Of a stretch of DNA of 64,000 nucleotides, positions 1 through 12,797 are shown one piece after another. Position numbers and translations under genes: made by a program. Source of the DNA: the human T2T-CHM13v2.0 reference genome, Homo sapiens; NCBI RefSeq assembly GCF_009914755.1, contig NC_060930.1; one strand, 5' to 3'. Positions within the stretch are counted from its first letter, which is position 1. Each line of letters starts with the position of its first letter. The notes beneath the pieces are model-generated. The model saw nothing but the letters and a program-made list of their open reading frames with translations. It did not search any database and was not told the origin of the DNA.

Positions 1-196
1 GAATAAATGATGGTATATTCATACAGTGTAATACCATGAAACCATCAAAAGCACATTTCATTTGGAAGAGTATTTCACAATATAAGAAAAAATGATATAA
101 GGCAAGTATACAACGTTACATACAATAAGATCCCATTTTACAGGAGGAAAAAGTGAGTACAGATATATAGATATAGATATGTAAAGAAATAAACCA

Positions 197-494
<298 letters not shown>

Positions 495-678
495 AAAGAA
501 ATAAACCAAATTTTTACCGATGAGATTTCAGTATTTCTACACATTCTATAATGAATGTATGTTCCTATTATAATCAGAAAATATTAGACCTTTTTAATAA
601 GTTAACAGTGACTGCCAGTCTCAGTCTCATTTTTTTACTATTAAATTCTGGATACTGCTTCTCTATCCCTTCCAGACC

Positions 679-910
679 AGGGAGGGGGTGGGGGAGGGGG
701 AGAGGGAGAGGGAAGAGGGAGAGGAAGAGGAAGAGGGAGAGGGAGAGGGAGAGGGAAGAGAAGGAGAAGGAGAAGGAAGAGGAGGAAGAGGAGGAGAAGA
801 GCAGGAGAAGAGGGGGGAGAGGGAGGGGGAGGAGGAGGAGGAAGGGAGGAAAAGAGGAAGGGAGGGAGCAGGGAGGTGGAAAGGGAAGGGAAGAAAAAGG
901 GTGGGAAAAG
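679..910 (+). repeat. Polypurine (GA/GGA-rich) low-complexity tract
   Basis: About 230 nt almost entirely G/A on the + strand. Confidence 0.9.
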
Positions 911-1590
911 ACTCTCCCTCAGAATACATAACCACTACATGAGGCAAAAGGTAGCTTACCAAGTTAATAAAAGAGTAATCTCGGATTCAGTAATTGTTTA
1001 AAAATAGATCTGGTACATTTTAAACAAAGAGAATGTTTGTATTATTAAATCTTCAATTCTTCTAGTTGAGCTAATCACCAAAAGGTTACTTGAGCCATAA
1101 GACATCAGAGTTAAAGAATATTGAAAACTCTCAAACTTCTCAAAAACAGTGGGTTACTTCCTTCTGCCAGAGGCTATTCTATCGGTTCCAGAGCAGGAAC
1201 ATACACTAAACCTCTGTACCTCAATTTATATTCAATGGTACTCCCAGACCAGCCTTATAAATATAATTTTTTTGCAAATTATCCAATTTATTAAAAAAAT
1301 TATTAAATATTCCTGATGAGCCCTAAGTAGCTTACTAAGGGAATCTTATGTTTCTATAAAATGGGTCACTGTTTGGAGCCGGGGTATTAGCACCACATCT
1401 CAATATGTCATCCTTACTGTATAAGGGCATGTTAATAAAATGTTTTTAAAACTGGCTTGCTTCGGAGGTGATGAAATTGCACAAATCCTTCCATATTTTC
1501 TTACCTATTTTACTGGTGATCAATAACAGCACACATTTATGCTACCTAAATTATCTGGATGACAGGATCAATCACTGCAACATAAGAAAA

Positions 1591-1897
<307 letters not shown>

Positions 1898-1917
1898 CTA
1901 AAGAAGTTACAGAATTA

Positions 1918-2197
1918 GGCCACTGCGGTGGCTCACACCTGTAATCCCAGGACTTTGGGAGGCCCAGATGGGTGGATCACCTGAGGCTAGGAGTTCAAGT
2001 CCAGCCTGGCCAACATGGCAAAACCCCATCTCTACTAAAAGTACAAAAATTAGTCAGACATGGTGGCACGCGTCTGTAATCCCAGCTACCCAGGAGGCTG
2101 AGGCAGGAGAATTGCTTGTCCTGGGAGGCAGAGGCTGCAGTGAGCCGAGATCATGCCACTGCACTCCAGCCTGAGTGACAGAGTGAGACTCTGTCTC

Positions 2198-2226
<29 letters not shown>
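1918..2226 (+). mobile_element. AluS
   Basis: Full Alu directly after the previous one, with a long A tail. Confidence 0.93.

Positions 2227-2264
<38 letters not shown>
2227..2264. repeat. Compound (TA)n(GA)n microsatellite seeded by the Alu tail
   Basis: tatatata...gagagaga read directly. Confidence 0.92.
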
Positions 2265-2265
<1 letters not shown>

Positions 2266-3366
2266 TTAAATCCAAGAAATAGTCCCAAGTACCTCAGGCT
2301 AATAAAATGAGGTAGATGAAAGAAAAAATATTAAAATGAGGAGATCATAAACGAACATACATTCTAAAGAAAAAAGCAAGAACCAAAACTCATAGAGTAT
2401 CACTTAGTGCAAAGTGAATGTTAGAAAGAAAAATCCCAAACTCTTTCACCACCAAGCATTTGTATATACATATGCATGAATTTTCTTTTTTCTGAATCAT
2501 TTGAAAATAAGTTGCAGCTATCAGAACCCATCACTAAATATCTTAGTACATTGTTTCATAAGATCAAAGACAGTAGCATTATTATTCCCAGGAAATTTAA
2601 CTTAATAGAATATTATCTAACACAGAGCCTATATTTAAATTCACCAAATTATGCCAATAGTGAAATCTACAATAGCTTTTCTTTGTCAATGAAGATCCAG
2701 TCAAGGATCCCACATTGTATTGAGTCGTCATATTCTTTGTCTGTTTTAATATATAGTTTTTTTTTTTTTAAAAAAAAACCTTTGCTTTTTGTTTTTTTAT
2801 TTCATCATATTAACATTTTTTAGAGAGCCTAGGCTGGATATTTTCTAGAATGCATATATTTTTATAGTCTTTATTTTATAGGTTTTTAATGTCAAGTTTC
2901 TCTTTGTGGAAATCTTACATTGTGGCTTCTCAATCCATCCTACCTACCACTGCTTACAGTATCTAATACATTATCAGGGCACATTTCATCAGTGGGCTTT
3001 TCCTATACTACCTTTCCCCCAACCCTATGCTAAACTAGTGTTCTTCTTCTGTAATGTCCGACTCAGTATTAAGAGATAAGAAAAAATATTAGAAAATGAA
3101 TTTTGTTTACAAAAGGTTTAGTCCCTAAGACAAACCAACGTACTCCTGTGTGGCAAGCCCTTTAGGAGGGCTCGCCTGAGTAATAACAGCTGTCTCTGTG
3201 GACCACATGTCCTTTCTTTTCCTGAGTGGAGTTTGTGAGCCAAAGGTCAGAATTAGACTGTTCACAACTACGGAAGGATTTTTTTTAAAAGGCTGTGAGA
3301 GTGGAAGAAAAAGCAACTGGCCGGTTAGACATTTAAAGAGGATTTTAACAAAACCTTTTAACCCAC

Positions 3367-4223
3367 TGTAAGCCAAAAATAAAATTCCAAGTTCCCCAAA
3401 GAACTGAATGGACTCCTCCTCTTGGCCAAGAGCATTCCAAAGTTAACCTGATAAACTAGTTCAGGCTATGATAGGAAGAGGGGGTCACACATACCTCATT
3501 ATACCCTCCTCCCACTGGAATTCAGGGACAGCTGACAAGAATTAACATTAAAACAATGATTTTAAGACTGATGAACCAGACTTTTTGTAGCAATAAGACA
3601 CCAAATTCCAGCCAGGTTTACAGGACGCACAGCAAGCCCTGAAAGAAACTGAAGTATTTCACTCCAAAATATATTTATTTGACATATTTTGAAATGGCCC
3701 TGCAAAACTGTCTCTTGTGGGGAAAATCTACATTGTGTGGAGAATCCCCCTCCCTTTCCAGGTGTTCTCCCTGATCCGGGAGAGAATTAACTAAGAGTCT
3801 GGTATCTTTTTAGGTCTGATAAGAGCTCTGAAGCCTGCCACCTGGAGGCTTCATCTGCATGATAAAACCTTCGTCTCCACAACCTTATCTTAACCCAGAC
3901 ACTCCTAGGTCTTTAGGTAACAACGCTTTTAACCAGCTGCCAAAAAAAATTTTTTTTGAATCCACCTATGACCAGAAACCCCCACCCTGTCACCCTCCTT
4001 TCAAGTTGTCGCACCTTTCCCAATGGAACAAACGTACATCTTACGTGTACTGATTTATGTTTTATGCCACCCTAAAATGTATAAAACCAAGCTATAGCCC
4101 GACCACCTTGGGCATATGTTCTCAGGATCTCCTGGAGCTATGTCAGGGGACATTGGTCACTCATATTTGGCTCAGAATACATCTTTTCAAATATTTTACA
4201 GAGTTTGACTCTTTTCGTTGACA
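3367..4223 (+). mobile_element. ERV1 solo LTR, MER4 family
   Basis: TG...CA ends; MER4-type 3' end ggctcagaata..caaatattttacagagtttgactcttttcgttgaca; 4-bp TSD ccac/ccat. Confidence 0.8.
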
Positions 4224-5504
4224 CCATATTAATATAAAATATTGAGTCACTTATCTATTTCCTATTAATGACTAGAACAGGATCTACTAGAGAGATGCAC
4301 TGAAGATCTGGAGTTCAACGTGAATAGAATGGGAACAAATGCTACCTACACAGAATAGTTCAGCCCCATAAATGATTCACGTCTTTTTTTCCCCTTGGTC
4401 CAGTGTCTTTTTTTTTTTTAACTAGAAAGGAAAATCAAAAGACAAAAGCCATTCTTCGTACATTATGTAATCAAATGAATGTCAGCAACAGATGTGTGTC
4501 CAAATGAAACATTTACAAGACAGTTCACAAAAGGAGCTCATTTGGATTTTACTTAAGCCAAGGGCACTATAAAACTCTAATTTTAAAAGAACTTTAAAAT
4601 CCAATTGCATTGGGAAATTGTCTTTAAAGATATATTTCCTCGCTGTATGATTCTATAATTATTGCTGGGAAATCTTTTGGAAAATATTGATAAAGTCTAA
4701 TAATGTTGGAGGTATCTTTGTGTATGGTAATGTGGAATACATCTGTTTCCCCAGATTTAACTTGAATTCTCAAACAGCAAGCAGAAGTCCTACTATACAG
4801 CTATGATTCAGGATCTGTGCAATGGGATCTGTGCTACCATACTTCAACAACAACAAAAATCAAAACAACAAACATTTTGTGAATGCTCAGTACTTTTTTA
4901 TATGCATTCTGGCAAAGAAAAGTATGAATGTTCTTAATCTTTCTCAAAATAGACCTGCTCAAAATAAAACATATTTTTATTTTGGCATAAAATATAATGG
5001 CAGACAATTTTTAGATAATATATATTAAGTGTCAAGCTGTATAGTACAGAATACTGTGACATGGCATAATAAGTTTTCAGTAGAAAGAACTGGATAAAGA
5101 TTGCAGTAATTAGAAAGGCATAAAAGGGCAAAGTCAGTTGTCAAGAACTACGAGGAAAGCAACTTCAGTTAAGGCACAAAATGTGAATGATTTTTGTGGT
5201 TGGTGTGGCCCAATAATCCTGGACACTGAGAGAATGAGTGCCATGGAATGTCAGTTAAAGTTAAAAACTTCCTAGTTATTAATTTGTCCCTGAAATTTAA
5301 CTGGAAAAAGTGTCTTTATAGTAATTTTAAGATTTAGAATCTCTGTATATTTTTCTGTTTGTATGCCTACAATGGTACTAGGCAATGGTTCTAAGACAGA
5401 TTTTTTTCTTTCACATTTGAACATTTCTTAAATCAGGGTTCATCTTACAGTCAATTAAATATCATAGTTTGACAGCAGGACAAAAGGATAGCAGTTGTGA
5501 GGGG

Positions 5505-5657
5505 TTTTTTTGTTGTTGTTGTTTGTTTTTAAGTTTTTTAAGAGACAGGGCTTCACTATGTTGCCCAGGCTGGGCCTTGAACTCCTGGGCTCAAGTGATC
5601 TATTGCCACAGCCTCCTGAGTAGCTGGGACTACAAGCATGTGCCACTACACCTGGCT
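5505..5657 (-). mobile_element. Alu monomer (FLAM-type)
   Basis: Single antisense Alu arm with a T-rich tail. Confidence 0.8.
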
Positions 5658-6465
5658 TTGATAATAGTTCATTGGTTTATTCTGATAACATGCCTTCACT
5701 GTTTGCTATCTAACCAATACAAACACCATCAATATTCTTGAATGAGATGGCAACACCAAAACTGTGTTTTGCCCTTTGGAATAAAAAATGACAACATCCA
5801 ATAACAAATAAAAAAGAAAAATTAATAATAAAATAACAGTCACATAGGTTAATTGTGGTAGTATAACTTAATTTAGAATACGTAAAAATAATATTTGCTA
5901 AGCATTGGCAAAGCCATTTCTTTTTGCGTTTTATACTACAGAAGACACTGATAAGTTTCAACCTTCAAAATTTTACTTTAGAAAATCAACAAGCAAGAAA
6001 ATGAAGTCAAAAACTACCTTTTTCTCTTCTTGAAAAGCAGTCCAAAGCAAAAAAGAAAATAAGAAAAAGGTAAACTCTTATCTTGGATAAAGTTTTATCT
6101 ACGAGGCATCTTTACCTGAATCTCAATATGTGAGGACAGAAAGCAAATGAGGAAATACGAAATAATTTGTCAGAATACAAGAAGGTAAAACCTTAGTGTT
6201 GAGAGAGAGAAAAATCACTAAGAAGAAATTTGACTTGTCCAGCACAGCCCTAGAAACACAAGAGGAGCAGGTGGGGAGCCGAGATAAGAGGCTGATAACA
6301 GGAGGTTGTTTTCTAGTTTGCAAAGGGCAGTTAAACCCCCAGCTGTCACCTGAATCAAGCAGACAGGACAGTAATCTCTCCTACACTAGTAAAAAAAATA
6401 AACAAACAAACAAATAGAGAAAATGAGCTAAAGAAACTGTAGGCTTGGGGATGCTGGACACAGAG

Positions 6466-7019
6466 TGTCAGAGGCAATTGAACCTGAGCAACTTCATCTT
6501 AAATAGGAGCTGAGTAAAATGAGGCTGAAACCTACTGGGCTGCATTCTCAGATTGCTAAGGCATTCTAAGTCACAGGATGAGATAGGAGGTCATGACAAA
6601 AGACAGGTCACAAAGACCTTGCTGATAAAACAGGTTGCAGTAAAGGAGTCAGCTAAAACCCACCAAAACCAAAATGGCCAGGAGAGTGACCTCTGGCTGT
6701 CCTCACTGCAACACTCCCACCAGCGCCATGACAGTTTATAAATGCCATGGCAACGTCAGGAAGTTACCCTATATGGTCTGAAAAGAGGAGGCATAAATAA
6801 TCCATCCCTTGTTTAGCATATCATCAAGAAATAACCATAAAAATGGGCAACCAGCAGCCCTCAGGGCTGCTCTGTCTATGGAGTAGCCATTATTTTATTT
6901 CTTTACTTTCTTAATATACTTGTTTTCGCTTTGCACTACGGACCGGCCCTGAATTCTTTCTTGAGCGAGATCCAAGAACCCTCTCTTGGGGTCTGGATCG
7001 GGACCCCTTTCCTGTAACA
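6466..7019 (+). mobile_element. MER41 solo LTR (MER41A-like)
   Basis: tgtcagaggc...ggacccctttcctgtaaca; perfect 4-bp TSD agag. Confidence 0.88.
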
Positions 7020-7059
7020 AGAGGAGGTCAGGGATGAGTACAAAAAGCAGAGGGATTCA

Positions 7060-7833
7060 GTGAAAAAACTCACAAGCCACAGACTGGGAGAAAATATTTG
7101 CAAAAGATAAAGGACTTAACCAAAATGTACAAAGAACACTTACAACTCAACAATAAGAAAATGAGTAATCTGATTTTTAAATGGGCAAAATATCTCAATA
7201 AATACCTCACCAAAAAAGATACATACATGGCAAATAAGTATATGAAAATATGCTTAACATCAATAATGATTTGCATATTAAAATAGTAAGATGTCACGAC
7301 ACACATATTAGATCTAGGCCAAAACCCAACACACTGACAACAGCAAATGCTGATGAGAATATGGAGCAGCAAGAACTCTCATTTATTGCTTGTGAGAATA
7401 TTGTAGACATTTTGGAAGATAGTTGAGCGGTTTCTTATAAAACTAAACACATTCTTATCATACAATCCAGGAATTGGTATTTACTCAAATGAGTTAAAAA
7501 TATATGTCCATACAAAAACTGGCACACAGATGTTTATAGCAGCTTTATTCAAAAGTGCCAAATCTCAAAAGTAAGGCGTCCTTCAGTAGGTGAATGGATA
7601 AACTGATCCAGACGATGGAATATTATTCAGAGATAAAAAGAAATGAACGATCAAGCCATGGGAAAACATGAAGAAATCTTAAATGCATATTGTTAAGTAA
7701 AAGAAGCCAAATTGAAAAAGCTACATATTGTATGATCCCAATTACATGACATTCTAGAAAAGGCAGAAGTATGAAGATAGTAAATAGATCAGTAGTTGCC
7801 AGGGGTTGAGGAGAGGGAGGAAGGAATAGGCAG
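7060..7833 (+). mobile_element. Old L1 (L1MC-like) 3' region, part 1
   Basis: L1 ORF2 C-terminal/3'UTR motifs (gactgggagaaaatatttgc, atgtttatagcagctttattc); interrupted at ataggcag. Confidence 0.75.
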
Positions 7834-9476
7834 TGTTACAGGTATCATAGCTAGGCAAGACTGGGGCTGGACAGGGCTCTGCCCCACCCCCCACTAGAAA
7901 TGTCAGGTGATGGTTTGGCAATTATCACACTGCCTCTCTAAAAATGATAATTCAGCAGCACCAGGGACAGGCCATTTCTTGATGGTCCACACCTGTTAAC
8001 ATCAAAACGTTAATTGGATGCAGGCCCCAGGGAGATGCAACTTCCTGGACATGCAGATTAAGAGACAAAAATGGCAAAGTATCTTCTGGGTACGCTACAC
8101 TGGAAAAAGGAAGAAAGCCTCAGATGGGCATGTGTATAACTCCCTAAACACACTACGCGTGCTCTGCACATGCAGGCAGCCCACCCTTAGGGAAAAATCA
8201 TGGGAAAAAGGTGAGCCTATAAAAGTCCTAGCATCAGGTTAAACGGGGACTCGACCTTCTCTCTTTAATCTTCATATGCCTGCGTGGGTCTCTTCCAAGT
8301 GCACCTTGTTCTAAGGCCTTTTAAATAAATTTCCATTCCTGCTCTGGAACTTGCCTCAGTCTGTTTTTCTGCTTTATGCCCCTCAGTTGAATTCTTTCTT
8401 CTGAGGAGGCAAAGACTGAAGTTGCTGTGGACCCGTATGGATTTGCCGCCGGTAACTCGGGGTACCTCAGATCTCTTCCACCACTAACATATTTGTTGCC
8501 GTGACTTGGATACCTTCCTAGTGGTAAGAGATTTCTATGCCTCACCTTCTTCAGCTGGAGGCATCTGACCCACATGCATGGCTTTTCCTCTCTTTCCTGC
8601 TTACTAACAAATTCCCCAGAGTAATTCCTCTTGGCCAGAGTGACTCTGCTCCGCCCAGCTGATTTCTCAGGTCACCTTGCCGGGTGGCTTGCAAGGGTGG
8701 CAGGGACTTTAGGGTCTGTACTGAGCATATCTAAGGCATTATATGGCCCTTCTTGACAGGAGCCTTGCACAAATGGTGGGGCTAAAGCCTAAACCATGTA
8801 ATGTCTCGGGCTTCCTCTGCTTTTTCAACTAAAATCGGCTCTTTTCCGGGACAAATACGAATTGGAACTCTGGCTTTGCTGGCTTTTCATAACTCACCAA
8901 GTGCTTTTTGTTCCTGTTATATCCCGGGGCTAAGTTTTCTAATGGCTCTTAAAAGCTGCTTGTCCACCTGCACAGACCTTCAATCTGGCCCTTTTTAAGG
9001 ACTCCACCCACTTGCTTTTTAAGTTAGCACCACTTTAGGAGGTGGAGAAATTCTTACCCCAAGCCGCAAGTCCTCAGGGGTTACTGATTTATGTTTGAAC
9101 TTTTGTTCCAGAAGGTGAACAAATGTTGCACTCTTGAATCCAAGGGCTGCTGTTTTTGCAAGCATTTGAGGGGTTTCCATGAGTGTTCCTTCCACTTCCT
9201 CCTTTAGCTCCCATTTCTTGAACTACTTCCACACCCTTCTCAACAGGCAACAGGGCCTTCAAAGTCATATTCTAGGGGAGAGAATTCCAGCCCCTGTAGC
9301 AGTTAATGGAGAAATAAGCTTCTAAGAAAAGACATGATCATTTTATTACTAAAATACTCCAAGTGAGGGTTACTATAAGGTCGTGGCGACAAGGCCAGCC
9401 CAAGGCCGCAGACACAAGAGATCCACGGGACAGAGATGAAGGGTGGTCCCAAGCTAAAATTATGATGAGATGGGAC

Positions 9477-10234
9477 TGAGACACAAGACTAGCTGGATTT
9501 CCCAGGCTGACTAAGAATCCCTAAACCCAGCTGGGAAGGTGAGCGCATCCACCTTTAAACACGGGGCTTGCAACTTAGCTCACACTCGGCCAATCAGGTA
9601 GTAAAGAGCGCTCACTAAAATGCTAATTAGACAAAAACAGTAAGTAAAGAAATAGCCAATCATCTATCGCCTGAGAGCACAGCGGGAGGGACAATGATCA
9701 GGATATAAACCCAGACATTCCAGCTGGCAACCGCTACCCTCTTTGGGTCCCCTCCCTTTGTATGGGAGCTCTGTTTTCACTCTATTAAATCTTGCAGCTG
9801 CACTCTTCTGGTCCGTGTTTGTTACGGCTAGAGCTGAGCTTTCACTCCCAGTTCCCCACTGCTGTTTGTCACCTTCGCAGACCCGCCGCTGACTTCCACC
9901 CCTCCGGATCCGGCAGGGTGTCCACTGTGCTCCTGATCCAGTGAGGTGCCCACTGCCACTCTGGATCGGGCTAAAGGCTTGCCATTGGTCCTGCACGGCT
10001 AAGTGCCCGGGTTCGTCCTAATCGAGCTGAACACTAGTTGCTGGGTTCCACGGTTCTCTTCCATGACCCACGGCTTCTAATAGAGGTATAACACTCACCA
10101 CATGGCCCAAGATTCCATTCCTTGGAATCCGTGAGGCTAAGAACCCCAGGTCAGAGAACACGAGGCTTGCCACCATCTTGGAAGCGGCCCGCCACCATCT
10201 TGGGAGCTCTGGGAACAAGGACCCCCTGGTAACA
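9477..10234 (+). mobile_element. HERV-W solo LTR (LTR17)
   Basis: tgagacacaagactagctggatttccc...gaccccctggtaaca; CCAAT boxes, gatataaa, attaaa signal; perfect TSD ggac. Confidence 0.9.
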
Positions 10235-10242
10235 GGACCAAG

Positions 10243-10410
10243 GGTACCCGTTAAGACTGGTTAAGCCCGGAACCCAGAACTGACGGTACATGGCAAGACC
10301 AGTTAAGCCTGGAACCCAGAACTAGGGGAATATGGTAAGACTGGTTAAGCCCAGAACCCAGAACCGGGGGTACATGGTAAGATCGGTAAAGCCTGGAACC
10401 CAGGACGATG
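10243..10410 (+). repeat. 4 x 42-bp tandem repeat in the ERV leader
   Basis: Units start at 10243, 10285, 10327 and 10369 (ggtacatggtaagactggttaagcc.ggaacccagaac). Confidence 0.88.
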
Positions 10411-10790
10411 GGGGATGCCTCATCCAGGATAATGGGAAGAAAGGGGGAATGCCTTCTTTTTCCTTTTTCTTCTCCTCTGTTCTCTCTTCACAAGTGGCAG
10501 ATGGGTAATCATGTGTCCACACTGCAGGGCATGTTCCTCAGATGCATTCCCCAAAACTGGGAAGTTTAATTTCCCCAAACTTTAAACTACTTGGCTTCAA
10601 AATAAACTGGGAGGAAATTACTTCTAAACTTCCATTCTTAGTCTGGAACTTGCCTGGGTCTCTTTTTTTTTGCTTTATGCCCCTCAGTTGAATTCTTTCT
10701 TTTGAGGAGGCAAAGACTGAAGTTGCCGTGGACCCATATGGATTCACCACCAATAATTTGGGGTAATTCAGATCTCTTCCACTGCTAACA

Positions 10791-11120
10791 AGAGCACAGA
10801 GGATTTTTAGGGCAGTGGAACTATTCTATATAATACCACAATGGTGAACACATGTCATTATACATTTGTCAAAATCCCTAGGATGTACAACATCAAGAAC
10901 AAATCCTAATGTAAACCATGGACTTTAGGTAATAATGATGGACTTTGGGTGATAATGATGTGTCAATGTAGGTCTAATGATTCTAACATATCACTCTACT
11001 ACATGATGCTGACAGTCAGGGAGGCCATGTGTGTTGGAGAAAAGGGGATGGGAACTCTGTACTTTCTGCTCAACTTTGCTGTGAAACTAAAAATTGCTCT
11101 AAAAGAGTAAAGTCTATTTT
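10791..11120 (+). mobile_element. Old L1 (L1MC-like) 3' end, part 2
   Basis: agagcacagaggatttttagggcagt continues the L1 broken at 7833. Confidence 0.75.
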
Positions 11121-11919
11121 TCAAAAATCTGCATCCTGAACAATGTGTCCCGAGTTCTCCCCACACCTGCCCAAATTCTGAATGCCAAGAGTCAGGCAGC
11201 AGATTAAAGAATTCTCTGAAGAAAATTAAATATCTATTCACATTGACATTTGGGTGTGTTCAATTTATTAAAAAAAAATCTGATGGGGTTCCAGTTTCCA
11301 CCTAGAATGTAGAAATATAAATGGAGCAATGTTCTACCTAATGACTATGAAATAACCTATAAATTCATCAATTTTCATGAACCTATCAGAAAGCTGAGAT
11401 CACAATGCAACCAACTGGCTTTCACTCTAAGAAAAGCCTCCAAGGACAGACAGGACACAGGCATTGGCTCACCTGTGGCAGAGCACAGAAGGAAAATGAG
11501 AAGGTCACATAAGTGGGTAAGAATTCAGCAAAAATTTACTAAAAATTGCTCAAGGTAAGAACATGGGCAAGTGTGAGAAAATGGAACCCAGGGAAGCCAC
11601 AGACACAATCAAGTTTGCCTACTCATAGTCTCTTTTCTATGACCTCAGTGGGTAGTCACAAGAAAAACTGTTTACTGGGTAGGAGACAGAGAAAGCTTTG
11701 CTCAGAGAAACAGGCCTCCCACTGCAGGGAAAGCACAAAAACTACCCAGATCCTTCTCATCTAAGGAACAAAAGCCATAAGCTACTAGGGTAAGGGCAAC
11801 AAACCCTCTTTTTCTACCCCTGCCCCACCTCGGCACCTTTAGCCCCAGGGCAAATGTGATAACCTAGTGAGGCTGGGGAAAGAGAAAAAAAGAAAAACTC
11901 TTTGGGAGAATGGGCAGGA

Positions 11920-12520
11920 AGCCATTGGATGTAAATGAAAACAAAATGTATCAAAACTTGTAGGATGCAGCTCAAACAGTGGTCTGCAACCTGTTTTGTA
12001 AATAAAGGAACACAGGTATGCCTTTTCATTTATGTATTGTCTATGGCTGCCTTCCCATTATACTGGCATAATTGAGTAGTTATAAACTACACTGAAAAAG
12101 AAAGAACTCAAATCAATAACCTAAATTCACACCTCAAAGAACCAGAAAAGGAAGAGTAAATGAAACCCAAAACAGAAGGAAGAAAACAATAAAGATTAGA
12201 GTAGGTATAAATGAAACAGAGAATAGAAAACAGTAGAGAGAACCAATGAAACCAAAAGTTGATTTTTTAAAATGATCAACAAAATTGACAAGCCTTAGAC
12301 TGATTAAGACAAAGGAGAATCACACTTTTACCACTATTAACATTGCACTGGATGTCCTAGCTAGAGCAATTATGCAAGAAAAAGAAATATAAGGCATCCA
12401 AATTGGGGAAGTAAAACTATCATTATTTGCAGATGATACAATTTTTTTAATCTACAAAATCTCAAATGATCAACAAAAAACTATTCGAGCTAATAAACGA
12501 ATTCAGCAAATTTGCAGAAG
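11920..12520 (+). mobile_element. Degraded L1 ORF2 fragment with an embedded MER58-like hAT piece (~11985-12090)
   Basis: L1 motifs (gcaagaaaaagaaat..ggcatccaaattgg, tttgcagatgatac) plus tgtaaataaag..gtctatggctgc. Confidence 0.6.
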
Positions 12521-12539
12521 ATTTAGAAGCCTTAGGTCT

Positions 12540-12797
12540 CTGAGGCACAAGAATCATTTGAGACCAGGAATTCAAGACTAGCCTAGGCAACAAAGCAAGA
12601 GTCTGTCTCTACGAAAAATTTAAAAGTTAGCTGGGTGTGGTGGTATGCACTTAGAGTCCTAGTTACTCGGCAGGCTGAGGTGGCCAGATTGCTTTAGCCT
12701 AGGAGTTCAAGGGCATAGTAAGCTATGATCTTGTCACTGCATTTCAGCCTGGGTAACAAAGCGAGAACTTGTCTCTCTTTAATTAAAAAAAAAAAAA
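12540..12797 (+). mobile_element. AluJ, 5'-truncated
   Basis: Diverged Alu with A tail. Confidence 0.85.

Larger units (their letters stand above)
7834..10790 (+). mobile_element. Internally deleted ERV1 provirus (MER50/MER83-like LTRs): 5' LTR 7834-8489, PBS, leader, gag start, 3' LTR stub 10626-10790
   Basis: 8328-8489 is repeated at 10626-10790. PBS-like tgttgccgtgacttggat at 8494-8511; gag-like MGNHVS...LRCIPQNWE from 10501. Confidence 0.78.

Noticed and set aside
551-962. 126/99/84-aa charged or Pro/Ser-rich ORFs
   Set aside because: Translations of the GA low-complexity tract.
10243-10410. CRISPR-like regularly spaced repeats
   Set aside because: Contiguous degenerate 42-bp tandem units without unique spacers, in an ERV leader in human DNA, with no cas genes.
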